A stretch of DNA of 26,721 bases, taken from Selaginella moellendorffii. Its lineage: Eukaryota; Plantae; Lycopodiophyta. Positions 11,389 to 22,852 of this stretch are shown one piece after another. The notes beneath the pieces are model-generated. The model was not told the origin of the DNA and searched no databases. It saw only the letters and a program-made list of their open reading frames with translations. Within the stretch, counting starts at the first letter, position 1, and the number at the start of each line of letters is the position of its first letter. A program made the translations under genes and the position numbers. The stretch lies in contig NW_003314475.1 of the NCBI RefSeq assembly GCF_000143415.4, positions 1 through 26,721 of the forward strand, written 5' to 3'.

Positions 11389-11830
11389 CAGCATACTCTT
11401 TGTAATATAGAACAACACCTTTATAGAATAAAGAGTATTTGTTTGATTCGATACTACATCATTGAAATTAAACATAATTGTTGGTATAAAGATGGTATAT
11501 ATTAGACACAATAGAAAATATACTTTAAAGTTAAAAATAAATAAAGTAGTGACTATAGAAAATGATATATTTCAGAACTTGAAATAGAAGAGTTGAATAG
11601 CTCCAGATATTTTATCTTATAAATTAGTTTTAGTTTTATCAATAATCTTATGATACTTATTACACATTCATCAATGAATCTAATCATATTGAGTTGTTGG
11701 TTAGCTCAGATATAGTTTAATATTTGTGCAATATTATAAAGTTATAATACTGTTTTTAAGACTAATAATTTATGCATTAGAAAACATATTAAATAAATAT
11801 AATGTTGTATAGGTAAAACTATGGTTGAGA
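11045..11830 (-). pseudogene. Highly decayed RecQ-like SF2 helicase remnant
   Basis: Collinear motif remnants by hand translation: IRFIDEC..HKII (11664-11678), IVTTL (~11550), NQTNTLYS (~11440), YYSSL (~11270), G..KP..IHKI (~11140, clearer at ~25960), YQKIIG*FG (~11065). Many stops and frameshifts. Confidence 0.5.
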
Positions 11831-12289
11831 CAAAATTAGACACAATACAAAAGGCTCAGCAGCTTCCAAATTCTTGATATGGCTTGGAGGCAGTGCCGAC
11901 TGCAGTTGTGGAAGAGAACAGTTCTACAGAAATGCTACCAGGAATCAGCTGTGGTTCTCAGATTCTATAGAGTTCTAGATTTCCAGCAGATATTGGTGAG
12001 AAAAGAGGTTTGCAATCTGCAAAAAGGAGTCCTTCCAGATTTCAGACAACAAGTCACGTGAGGAAAGCTTTCACATTCTCAAAATGCAAATTCTTGCATT
12101 ATAACATAAGTTCAAGTTGTAGTTTTAACTGGCTTTCAATATGCTTATGAATGTATTCTTACTAAAAAAATTTAAACCTTATGTAACTTTTTATTTATCT
12201 CCTTAGTTACAACTTAGTTTCTTACTAAATATGATTTCTAAAAGGTAAGAATATTACTATTTTATTTGACTTGCTCTTGGCTTAAGAAG

Positions 12290-12470
12290 AATGATCAAAT
12301 CAAGCCCTCTAATCCTTGAAACCCCAAAGAAAAATGAACCTGCAAAAGATCACAACCATCATTGAGATGCGTCTGAGATTGAATCTGTACCTCATATGCA
12401 GTAGCCCATTGTGATACCATCAAAGCATCAACCACTTAAGCCATTTTGCTAGGCAATGTCATATCCTGCA
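12290..12470 (-). pseudogene. Orphan exon-intron-exon fragment of an unidentified gene
   Basis: TTGCAG|GATATG...TATGAG|GTACAG...TTTTGCAG|GTTC, a ~50-bp canonical intron; reads DMTLPSKMA*VVDALMVSQWATAYE/VHFSLGF. Confidence 0.35.
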
Positions 12471-12910
12471 AGACAATCTTACAATTGTATAGCACTCCAA
12501 AGCATGGAATAAGAGCTAGGCTATCATATTTCAATTTTTTATAAGCAGAATTCTGCTGTAAATTTCTGTCATCCAACAACTTCTTTAGAGCATGTTCTAT
12601 GTTGTGAAAAGTTAGGATATTAAACTAAATCATAGTTATATGTGAAACTTTCAGTTTATAATATAGCTAGAAATTAATATACAAATATTTTATGAACATT
12701 ATAATGTTATTATATTCAGAATAGAGTTGTAATTATTGATAATACATGCAAATCAATTTATATGTTGTAGTATCTAGTTATTTAGATTAGTAAAATATGT
12801 AAAGATTAGATAGGTAAACAAAAGATCTGGAAAATATTTGGCACATAAATACTCATGCCAGATTACTGTAATATCTCCTAGAATAATTGCATTTAAATTC
12901 CCAATATCTG

Positions 12911-13124
12911 CATGCCGTGGTTGGCATGGCCGAATTCAGCCTGCATGACTTCCCTTGTAATGTAAGCTTGCAGCTTTGTTTCCTATATTCAAGTTCTTTA
13001 TATGGTATTGATATTCTACCTTTCCTATTTTTTTTGTCGACAGTTTAGTTCATGGAGCTTGATTTGAAGGTCGGTATTTGGATATGCAAGAGTGACAGCT
13101 GATAAGACAAAGCTACTGTTTGAG
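12911..13124 (+). pseudogene. Purple acid phosphatase 3' exons, copy 2 (last exon at about 13910-13960, after the TRIM)
   Basis: HAVVGMAEFSL..., intron, FGYARVTADKTKLLFE; the TRIM sits at the exon end just before the GT donor. Confidence 0.85.
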
Positions 13125-13849
13125 TGTAGCGCATGTGATCATGGGATGAGATTTGGATATACTGTCACCGTGGATCCTTAGAACCTTGGGAGATAAATGG
13201 GGATAAAATAGCCACTAAGGGCTCTTTCATCAAGCAATTGCCCCTTTTCCAGTTGGCTTAAGGGGAGAGAGATAAGGTGTGCTACAGTTGGTATCGGAGC
13301 AAATGGCACGGGTTCGATTCCCATTGATTAGTGGCTACCTAAAATATAATATACCCTTGAGCAAGGTATATTTCTACCCCTAAATTAGAAAAATCGTACG
13401 TATTGGGCATCCATGCATACGTCCTTCCTCTTGTGGAGCATCCCAGACGAAGGTATCCATCGTGGGACTGCGGTACGGGTGGATGACTAGTTGCCTCACA
13501 TGGAATAGCTGGTCTACACAATGGAAGGATTGGTAGATTCAGTGCGGAAATGGAGGTGCTGGTTCCCCTTGGCTCAGTAGGGGTTGTTAGTCAATAGTCA
13601 ATGAGGACATTGACATCTCTGAAGGGGGGGTGAGTGTAGCGCATGTGATCATGGGATGAGATTTGGATATACTGTCACCGGGGTGAGTGTAGCGCATGTG
13701 ATCATGGGATGAGATTTGGATATACTGTCACCGTGGATCCTTGGAACCTTGGGAGATAAATGGGGATAAAATAGCCACTAAGGGCTCTCTCATCAAGCAA
13801 TTGCCCCTTTTCCAGTTGGCTTAAGGGGAGAGAGATAAGGTGCGCTACA
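13125..13849 (+). mobile_element. Complete non-autonomous TRIM: 162-bp LTRs (13125-13286, 13688-13849), PBS, PPT, 5-bp TSD
   Basis: LTR ends TGTAGCGCA...TGYGCTACA; 3 differences between LTRs by hand; PBS TGGTATCGGAGC 13289-13300; PPT GAAGGGGGGG 13621-13630; TSD TTGAG at 13120-13124 and 13850-13854; single TTGAG in the paralogous empty sites (~7895, ~22500). Confidence 0.96.
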
Positions 13850-13943
13850 TTGAGGTAGATGAATTGCGTTCTTGGTTCTTGCATGTTATTTATTTATTTG
13901 TCATTCCAGTACATTACAACAAACAGAACAGTAGCTGACCGGT

Positions 13944-14730
13944 TTAAAATTGCCAAGATTGGGGATTTTCCAGGCCATGAACGATTTCAAGCTTTACAAG
14001 TTCAATAGTTGGCTTGTATAGCTTGCTGATTTGCTTGACGCTGCCAAGAGCTCTTGCTTTGCTGCGCAGCACCTGTTTTTGGATCTTGCCAGTCACAGTT
14101 TTGTCCAAGGCCATGAGAATGACGATGCTCTTTGGCACCATGAACTTTGGCAAATGCTGTGGACAGAACGAGAGTATCTCCTCCTTGTTGCTTCTCACAC
14201 CGTGCTTGAGGGACACAAATGCACATGGAGACTCGCCCCACTGCTCATCTGGCCGCCCCACCATAGCAGCTTCCAACACTGCTGGATGCCTGGAAGAAAA
14301 AGAAGCAAACTTTAACGAGAAACAAAGAAGAAGAAACTCTCCTTTTACCTGTACAAGATGCTCTCTACTTCCAGGCTGCTAATGTTCTCCCCTCCAGAAA
14401 TGATAATATCCTTGGCTCAATCCTTGATCTTGATGTATCCATCGGGATGCCAAACTGCCAAGTTCCTGGAGTGGAACCATCCTCCTCTAAAGCTCTCCAG
14501 CATTGCCTCTGGATTGTTCAAGTACCCCTTGAACACCATGTTCCCACACATGCAAACTTCACCAATGGTGACACCGTCCTTGGCAACCGGTTCCAGAGTT
14601 TCGGAGTTGAGCACCTGTAAGCTGTCGAGGCAAACGTATTTCATGCTCTTCTGAGCCTTGAGCCTGGCCTGCTCATCAGGCGAAAGGCTGTCCCATTCGG
14701 GATTCCACTCGCACATTGTGCATGGAGCAC
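13944..14730 (-). pseudogene. Acyl-activating enzyme 3' fragment, copy 2
   Basis: Same motifs and same premature TGA (14417-14419) as copy 1; keeps GESPCAF where copy 1 lost the Pro codon. Confidence 0.93.
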
Positions 14731-14989
14731 AGTGCATGAAAGAGTGGGAAGAGGCTAGCTGCCTATTTTTCTTTCTATGCACTTCCTTTATGGTTATGTC
14801 CAGTTTATTTTTGAGTAGGTGGTATCTGTGGTTATATATATTTGAATGTGGAGTCATGCTAGAGAAATGCAAAACAATATGATGACTTGAGTTCCAACCC
14901 AGGCCCAGTGCATCTGGCATATTTCTTTTTATTGACCCACCACAATGATGAGCATCTCTTATGCTAAGAAGAAAACGTAAGCTTTTAGG

Positions 14990-15812
14990 TCATGTAGAGG
15001 CTGAGACTCTGTAGGTTCTGTTGAAGGTGTTGTAGTGAGCATCAATGATATAGGCTAAAACAGTGGTCAACTATCAATAGAGATAACATTGACAAGTCTG
15101 ATATGATAATAGTAAGTTCAATATAGCTGTGGATTCTTGACAATAATCTGTATGATGACAGCTCAAATTCCATGGCAACATGATGGAATTATTCAAAGAG
15201 TTGATGAATGAATTTTTTTCTAGAACTCCACCAACAAGATGTTTCATTAATTTACAAGGAGACGGTTATTTCAAGAAAGCAAATGTCACAGGCATGAGCA
15301 TTTTTTCATGTATAATAGATGATGCCAAAATAATTCCTTGACACTATTTTTCAGAATATTGCAAGGGAATGCACAGAGGTAAGTGCGAAAGGAAATGAAA
15401 CAAGCCCATATTAAATACATGTTGTTTTGCAGATACCTGGATACTTTGAAGTAGATAAGCTCTGTCCAGTTTCATACACACAGTTTGTTCATCATACTAT
15501 GGATCAAGATTGCAACAAACTTCTAAAGATGAAGCAATATGTAAAATATGTAAATATGTAGGACCTATAAAAGAACACATCATGCTAAAGGCCCAGCTTC
15601 ACCTTGGACAAGACACGTTCCAAGTAACTATACCTTCACATTTGGTTGATCAACTGTATGGAACAAAAGTGTCTTGGAATGAAGACCCTACAAAAGCCAA
15701 ACACTACATGTTTGGACATCCACCAAAGGGAAAATTCTTAATCAGTGAGTCCAAAGATGTGCTAGCATTTGCACCAGAAAGAGAAAAAGCTTACCTCACT
15801 TTCAAAGTGTAA
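14990..15812 (+). pseudogene. OB-fold/Zn-ribbon gene fragment, copy 2
   Basis: Paralog of 5864-6690 (DEAICKICKY...LKAQLHLGQDTFQVTIP) with an extra frameshift near 15470. Confidence 0.55.
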
Positions 15813-15954
15813 TCAACAAGTTCTTGCATTCTAGAAACTTTGACATTCCTTCAAAAAAATAAACCTTTGCCTTTACATCTGTGCCTTTACTCTTTGATTT
15901 CTGATGCTGAAGCATGTGAAGCTTTTATGCAGAATTGGTCAGAGTCTAGAACAA

Positions 15955-17752
15955 TGTAAGCGACTAAATTTTCCATTCTACTTTAGTCACTTAACCACAC
16001 CTCCGACCACTTGGAGGAGTCTCAATCACAACCTCCATAAGTCCATTTCAGGACTTGGGACTTGCTAACCCCGAGAATGGCATCCATGCCACTCAACATT
16101 TGCACTTGGTCCAAGTGCTCCACGTGTCCGATCCCACGACCGACACTCAAAAGTACCACCGACATGGCAGCCTGTTATGCTAAAGCTGTGCCCAATCACC
16201 TTTGCCACACTGGTAGTCCAATACCACTTGTATCACAGTCTTGGCTCTCCAAGACTAGGCAAACCATCCATGAATGGTCATCTCAGATCCACTCCTTAGC
16301 ATCCTTAGGATGCCCACCGACAAGGGGAATAGCCTTCCCCAATATCCCTCTGTCAGTCCCCACTAAGTCCCTTTCCGCCCTTGGCCGTGTTTGCCAACAC
16401 TGCCACTGGATCGAGGCCCACAGGCCCGACCACTAAGTCCCACGGTCCTCTGGGACTTCCTCACCACACGACTGTGTCCTTGGTCACTACCCCAGAGGAC
16501 TGCTCCTCTTCCTTTCCACAGTCTGGGCCTTTGGGACAACATTTCGGAACACCGTGGGCCTACGCGGGCCTCATGGGTACTCTCCCTGCCTTTCGCCTTT
16601 GGGTGCTCTAGCCATGGGCTTAGAGCGAGGTTCCGTTGAGCCACACCAGGTATCCAAGTAGGTAGTGCCACCCACACTTGGACTGGGAGCATCGGCCAGT
16701 CGATCTCCCGGGGGAACTAGAGCCGGCTCTTGAACACTTCACCAAGCTACCCTGCTTGTCGGTCCGTGTTCACTCTAGTCTTGGACTTCCCAGTGGGCAG
16801 CTCCTCACCCAACACTGGGTCCGGCCTTCCTGGGCCAAACTAGCCTTTCCTGGCCAAACTGGCTCCATTGCAGTCCTCCCCCTACTATACTTTTGGAGCT
16901 CACCAAACCCCCCAGGGTCTGGGAGACGAACGCTTTGGGCTTTCACCCTCTCAGGCTCCAGACTCGGACTCGGACTCGGACTCGGACTCGGACTCAGATT
17001 CGGATTCGGACTCGGACTTGGGCTCGGCCTCGGTCTCGGTCTCGGTCCCGATCTCGGTCTCGGTCTCGGTCTCGGTCCCGGTCTTGGTCTTGGTCCCTGT
17101 CTCGACTTTGGACTCCATCTCAGGTCCATCTCGGACTCCAACTCGGACTCCATCTCGGACTCCATCTCGGGTCCATCTCGGGTCCATCTCGGACTCCATC
17201 TCAGACTCCACCTCGGACTCCGTCTCGGGTCCACCTCGGACTCCGTCTCGGGTCCATCTCGGGTCCCATCTTGGGTCCATCTCGGACTCCATCTCGGACT
17301 CCATCTCGGGTCCATCTCAGACTCCATCTCGGACTCCATTTCGGGTCCATCTCGGGTCCACCTCGGACTCCACCTCGGACTCCATCTCAGGTCCATCTCG
17401 GGTCCACCTCAGACTCCACCTCGGACTCCACCTCGGACTCCATCTCGGACTCCATCTCGGACTCCATCTCAGACTCCAACTCGGACTTCACTTCAGACTC
17501 CAACTCGGGTCCATCTTGGACACTTCCACGTGTCATGTGTTGGTCCCTTTGGGTCCCTTTTTGGAGCCTCGCTTATTGCTCGCTTCGTGCTCGTTCCTCG
17601 AACACTTTGTTGGGAGCTCCACTCCCGCTCTCAACCTTTCAAGTCGGAGCTTTTAGTCCAAACGTTTTACGCTCGTTTGGCTTTCGCTTCGGCCACTACC
17701 ACGTGGCACCCCTCCAGCTCCACTCTGGGGCCTAGGGACTTTGTGTCTCACA
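15955..17752 (-). mobile_element. Solo LTR, 1798 bp, 5-bp TSD
   Basis: TGTAAG...CTCACA flanked by AACAA at 15950-15954 and 17753-17757; the left arm (~5722) has one AACAA; no PBS, PPT or second LTR inside. Strand inferred only from similarity to the LTR start at 79. Confidence 0.9.
16961..17520. repeat. Compound mini/microsatellite within the solo LTR
   Basis: (GACTCG)n, then (GTCTCG)n, then mixed 12-mer GACTCCATCTCG and 11-mer GGTCCATCTCG units. Confidence 0.97.
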
Positions 17753-17868
17753 AACAATGCACTGGATCTTTGCACGGAAACATGGGGAACATTTGAAAGA
17801 ACCCGGCACTTGAGGTGATATGCTCATTAAAGTTTGTGATTTGTTTATCTTGAGGCATCTTTTTTTAG

Positions 17869-18344
17869 GCACTTCGAGCATTGACTTACATGGGAACTTT
17901 CATTGATGGGGGCAACGATTCCATTGAATATATTCCCAACCTTTCAACATCAGAAGGTTTGTAAATCAGCTGTTTACAAACATTCCTAATTCTCCCACTA
18001 ATGTATTGCATACCTGGAAAGAGATGTATATAATGGCATTGCGTGGATCACACTGCTTCGTACACTCCAATCAAATATACAGGCCCACTGTGTGTGGATT
18101 GTTGAGGCACGTTCGTGACAAAAACTCGTGGATTATGACATACTCTACTCGCTCAGATAACTACAACTTAATGTTCTGCTCAGCAAGCAGCCAGAAGAAT
18201 ATCTGGTCTGTCTCTAGAGATTGCAAAGTTGTGTCAATGGTCCAAGATGACGGAACTGAAGCCAAAGTGATAGATGTTTACAATCTCAATGTGCCTTTCA
18301 TTGGTGATTCAATGAACACCAAAGTGCATATCCTTCAAGGTTAA
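17869..18344 (+). pseudogene. Unknown exon, copy 2 (paralog of 5141-5610)
   Basis: TTTTAG acceptor at 17868; frame near-identical to ORF 5141-5455. Confidence 0.45.
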
Positions 18345-18729
18345 TGTAATTACAGAATATGTATTTAAAAATCATGATATAGAAAAGGCTGAACTTCTTC
18401 TTACAATCGAGTAAGCTTTCCCATACTTTCACACAAAACTTTTAACAAAACCACCTATGAAATCTCATGCTTGAATATTTCTTTGTTAATATAAAGAAAC
18501 AATATAAAAGAAAAGCCAACAACTGAAATATATATGACACTCCCAGATTTTTCTTCTGATATTTCTTTTATAAAAAAAAACATAAATGTAAAGCACTACG
18601 ACTACTAATGTTAGTTTTGTCTAAATACATTACAAATTAGTTATTTAGTTACAAATTATTTGTAACTAATTACATTACGTATGTATGTATATAACATTAT
18701 TACATATTTTTTCTCTGTTTCATGTCAAG

Positions 18730-20008
18730 GGAGAGATGTCTAAGAAGCTGAGATGCCAATTAAGGACAGTGGCCACTGCTACTGGTGGTCTTTTCATGCC
18801 AAGGTGACACACAAAGGGAAACTTGTATTCTTTGAAGCAGGCACCGCTGGTTGTGTTATGTCAGTTGATGTTGCCGATGCATAAAGTTCTGAAATACGTA
18901 TTGCTGGGTTTGGCGAGAATGCAAAGCATCTTTCAAGCGAGATTGAGCAAGGTAGTGTCTATATATTTTCAGGAAACAGTGGTGTACAGCACTCTAAACC
19001 AGCATATACACCATATAAATCAAATTGGGAGATAAAAGCAAGCAAAACTATGGAGATCAAGTGTGTAGAGGATGATCTACGTAGTCCAAATGTTTTTCTT
19101 AATAGAACGAGTGTTTTAGATGCTTCTAAGCTCAGCCAAGAGAAATTTGTAGATGTGATTGGCAGTGTAATGTGGATTGGACAAACATTTCTCCTAAGGA
19201 TTCGGGAGCATTCATGAGAAGAAGGATGCTTTCTTTGAGTGATGAATCAGGCCACAGTATAGACATGTGTCTATGGGATTCAAAGGCTGAAGATGAAGGT
19301 TCAGAAATCGAGGAGAAACCTGGACAAGGAGAGAGGCCTATTGTATGTGTGAAGGGCAGCCGGATTTCAGATTACAATGGCAAGTTCATTTCAGTCACAG
19401 GTGGCTCTAACCTTTTAGTTGATCCTGAATTAGAAGATGTCTCATGGCTGTGTGAATGGATGGTTGCTAGCTACAACACAACCATATTTGTCCATGTGAC
19501 CAACTCATTCTTCTAAAGCAGTGATTTCTGGTACAATGAGATGTTGTCTATCAACCTGAAGGTTTCTGAGTTCTCTGCTATTTTTCGTGTTTTTGTGTCA
19601 GTGAAAGAATTCCAGACTGGTGACTTCTATTACCCAGCATGCATGAAGGTTGTCAATGGAAGGCAATGTGGCAAGAAGGTTACTCAGGTTTCAGAAAGTA
19701 TGTGGCAATGCAACTATTGTGACACTGATTCTGGAGATATTCATTTCAAATATGCTACAGTTGTGTATTCTGGACAGCACTGTATGGGTGGTTGCATTTG
19801 ATGATGCTAATGAAATTGTAGAGATGCCTGCATGTAAGCTGGCTGCACTACAAGATGATGATTATACTGTTTTTTTGACCGTAATGGACTCTATTTGATC
19901 AAAGATGTACAATCTGAAGATTCGTTGCAAGCTTGAGAGCTACAGAAATACAAAAAAATTATAGTTGGACTTGACACTTAAAAGAAAAAATGTGTGAGAA
20001 AACAAAAA
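18730..20008 (+). pseudogene. RPA70/RPA1-like pseudogene, copy 2
   Basis: VDVIGSV, LSLSDESGHSIDMCLWD, KGSRISDYNGK, FYYPAC...CGKKV...WQCNYC; frameshifted. Confidence 0.9.
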
Positions 20009-20660
20009 GTATGTTTTATTTCTTTCTACTATTGTTTATAATTTGTTGTGTGTGGTATCAGGTTTCTAAGTATAAGCCAAGTTGGAGCTTTCAAACCTAA
20101 TGTTGTGTAGAAGTTGATGAATGATTAAAACAATTTGTAATAATGTAATTAGTTACAAATCGTTTAAATTTACTAAGTATTGGCAAACATTGCTACAGAA
20201 TAGATTTAATAAATATAATTTTGTTACATATAAATATGTGAATTAATAAATCATTTTAAATATTAAAATGATAATATTATCACTAATTCATAATTTTAAT
20301 ACCGTAATATAATATTATCACTAAATTATCAATACTGTAATAAAAATATTATAATATGCATATATCTTAATAATATAATTTGAATTTTAGTTTTTTTTTC
20401 TAAAACTACGAGTCTATGATATAGATCATACCAAATATGGTAAGTCATATAGAGCAGAATACAAAATAATAATCACTGCCGCTGCCACTATCAGCATTTA
20501 TATACATGTATGATGATCTTGTAAAGCTTTAGCTTCTTCCTCTCACAGAATATCAAGTTTCTAAATTTTCACTTGTAGAGCCATTTGTATCGAATCTATC
20601 CTTAAGAGTGGGATTTCATAATGAGTAATTCCACTTATAAAAGATCAAAGATACAATGTT

Positions 20661-21890
20661 ATGAGTTTTATTTATTATGTTATGAAGTGTGTTAGTGATA
20701 GAGTCAATTGTAGAGGAAATTTTAATATAAATATTACATTATTTTTAACCATATATTTTATAATATTGATTATGTTAAAAATTATAATTATAATTATAAA
20801 TCTTGTGTAAAATAATATTTTATCAGTAAACTTATGGTACTTATTAATACAAACATAAATAAAAGTAAACCTATTGAGTTGTCAAATGGCTAAGATATAG
20901 TCTAAGATTTATATATTAGCACAAAATTATCTAACACTTAATCCTACATTGCATTTATACATGAAAAACAACTGCAATTTAATTATATTAGACCTATCTA
21001 TATAACATTCATGAATTTTCTGATATATTATAATTATAGCATAAAGAAAAGATTACCCTACTCTACCCCAGTATAAAGTAAAACATTGCCATTGATTTAT
21101 CATAATAAAATTTCAGCATTCATAACAGTGTTATAAAGCCTTAATTTTAAATATAATTTACATGAATATAGAGAGATAATAATCTTATTTCAGATTAGCA
21201 TTCTCTCTATATAAAATATAAATAAAAGAATGTTTATGTTAAATAATAGGGTACTTCAAATTTTAAATATTACTCTCAAAATGCATAAATATAAATATTA
21301 GGTAAAAAGAGAATATCAAAGATAAATATGGAAAAAATTAAAAGTTTTTGAAAGAAAAAAAACACATTAACCTAACATCTTTGACTTAGTATCATGCAAT
21401 TCCAAAACTGTCAGATTGAAATGAGGAAAAGATAAACTCCATAATAATGTTTATATTTTTATAAATTTAAAAGATGTTTGTAGTTTAGATGAGTTTTTAT
21501 ATTAACATATAAATTATTATACTTTAGTGTAATTAAGTAACATTTACTTTCTTAAGAGGAAAAATTGTAGAGTTGAATGAATCATCAAGTAATAATATTA
21601 TTTATCAATTGTATAGAGATTTCAAATAAAAGAAAACATTAATTATTAAACCTCAATCTCTAAATGACTCATCTAGCCATGGGATCCCGCAGTGAGCAAT
21701 TCCATTTATAGAAGATCCAAAACTTCACTAAATAATCAGTTTTAAATATGATATAATGTAATGAGTTTTATTTATTATGTTATGATGTATGTTGGTGATA
21801 GATTTAATTTTAGTAAGGATTGTTAATATAAATATTATGTTATGTTTAACTATATATCTTATAATTATGATTATGTTAAAAATTACAATT
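20661..21890 (+). repeat. ~130-bp diverged direct repeat (20661-20790 and 21761-21890) in the AT-rich tail
   Basis: Both begin ATGAGTTTTATTTATTATGTTATGA and end GATTATGTTAAAAATTA. Confidence 0.85.
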
Positions 21891-21940
21891 ACACTTGCAA
21901 CTCTTTGAAATTAATAAAATATCAAAAATACACACGATGC

Positions 21941-21968
21941 TCCCAGTGTAGCTGGGACTTTTGCTAGT
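21941..21968 (+). mobile_element. Candidate Helitron 3' terminus (hairpin + CTAG|T)
   Basis: TCCCAG-TGTAG-CTGGGA hairpin (21941-21957), 6-nt spacer, CTAG (21964-21967), then T; GC-rich island in AT-rich DNA, downstream of an RPA70-like gene, at a repeat boundary. Confidence 0.65.
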
Positions 21969-22852
21969 ACTCATATATTTAAACAAAAGAGCTAGTCATA
22001 TGCTAAGGACACTTATTTTGGGCATATGCCAAAATCTAACGGGTGAGATATAATTGTGGAAGGTCATAACTTTTCAAATCAGAAAATTTGAAATTGTGGC
22101 TTTTAGGGCAAATGAGAGCGAGGAGAAGCACAGGATGCTAAGTAACGAGCAGGCAAATCTATGAGTTACTGCAAGGTTCTCCTTGTGGGATTATGTGCAG
22201 ATTTCTTTTTCAGTGTACTTCAGTTATAAATTATATTTTCTTCTGGTAAGGAAATGGTGCTGCGTACATGGTGCTGCATGCATGGTGCCCCGTCTTTGAT
22301 AAGGTTGGTTTACATGTTCTGCTATGCTGGCTGAAAGTGTATGGCTTGCTTTCTCTTTTACAAATCTGTCCACAACATAGCTGTCGGGTCTTGCCTCCAT
22401 TTCTCTGTCACTGTTCCAGTAGCATCCAAGACTGAAAACCAGGTCGAAGGTTGGCATTTGGATATGCAAGAGTGACAAACGATAAGACAAAGCTACTGTT
22501 TGAGGTAGATGAATTGCGTTCTTGGTTTTTGCATGTTAATTATATATTTTTCATTCTAGTACATTACAACAGACGGAACAGTAGATGACCAGTTTAAAAT
22601 TGCCAAGCTAGACTGGGGATTTTCCAGGCTGTGAACGATTTCAAGCTTTACAAGTTCAATAGTTGGCTTTTAGAGCTTGCTGATTTGCTTGACGCTGCCA
22701 AGAGCTCTTGCTTTGCTGCGCAGCACCTGTTTTTGGATCTTGCCAGTCGCGGTTTTGTCCAAGACCGTGAGAATGACGATGTTCTTTGGCACCATGAACT
22801 TTGGCAAATGCTGTGGACAGAACGAGAGTATCTCCTCCTTGTTGCTTCTCAC
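21968..22852 (+). repeat. Third, internally deleted copy: module Y - PAP (deleted) - antisense AAE 3' end
   Basis: Matches the reverse complement of 9280-8850, jumps at ~22434-22445 to the reverse complement of ~7952, and continues to the equivalent of ~7545. Confidence 0.93.

Larger units (their letters stand above)
12911..20707. repeat. Right arm of the inverted duplication, carrying two later insertions
   Basis: Reverse complement of 2814-8106, except insertions at 13125-13849 and 15955-17752 and small indels (e.g. ~66 bp of 6691-6756 missing at ~14990). Confidence 0.97.

Noticed and set aside
11660-11690. RFIDE as a Penelope-like reverse transcriptase YIDD motif
   Set aside because: No other RT motifs found; the downstream remnants fit a helicase DExH box better.
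13121-13124. TRIM LTR starting 4 nt earlier (TGAG precedes both LTRs)
   Set aside because: The TTGAG TSD, the empty sites and the 9-bp terminal inverted repeat fix the start at 13125.
13254-13325. tRNA gene
   Set aside because: A/B boxes are present but I cannot fold a cloverleaf; the segment is LTR end plus PBS.
16678-17796. Long overlapping ORFs (372, 280, 262, 208, 117 aa) resembling SR-rich, Sdr-like or extensin proteins
   Set aside because: They result from a stop-poor satellite inside a TSD-flanked solo LTR; the longest crosses the element boundary.
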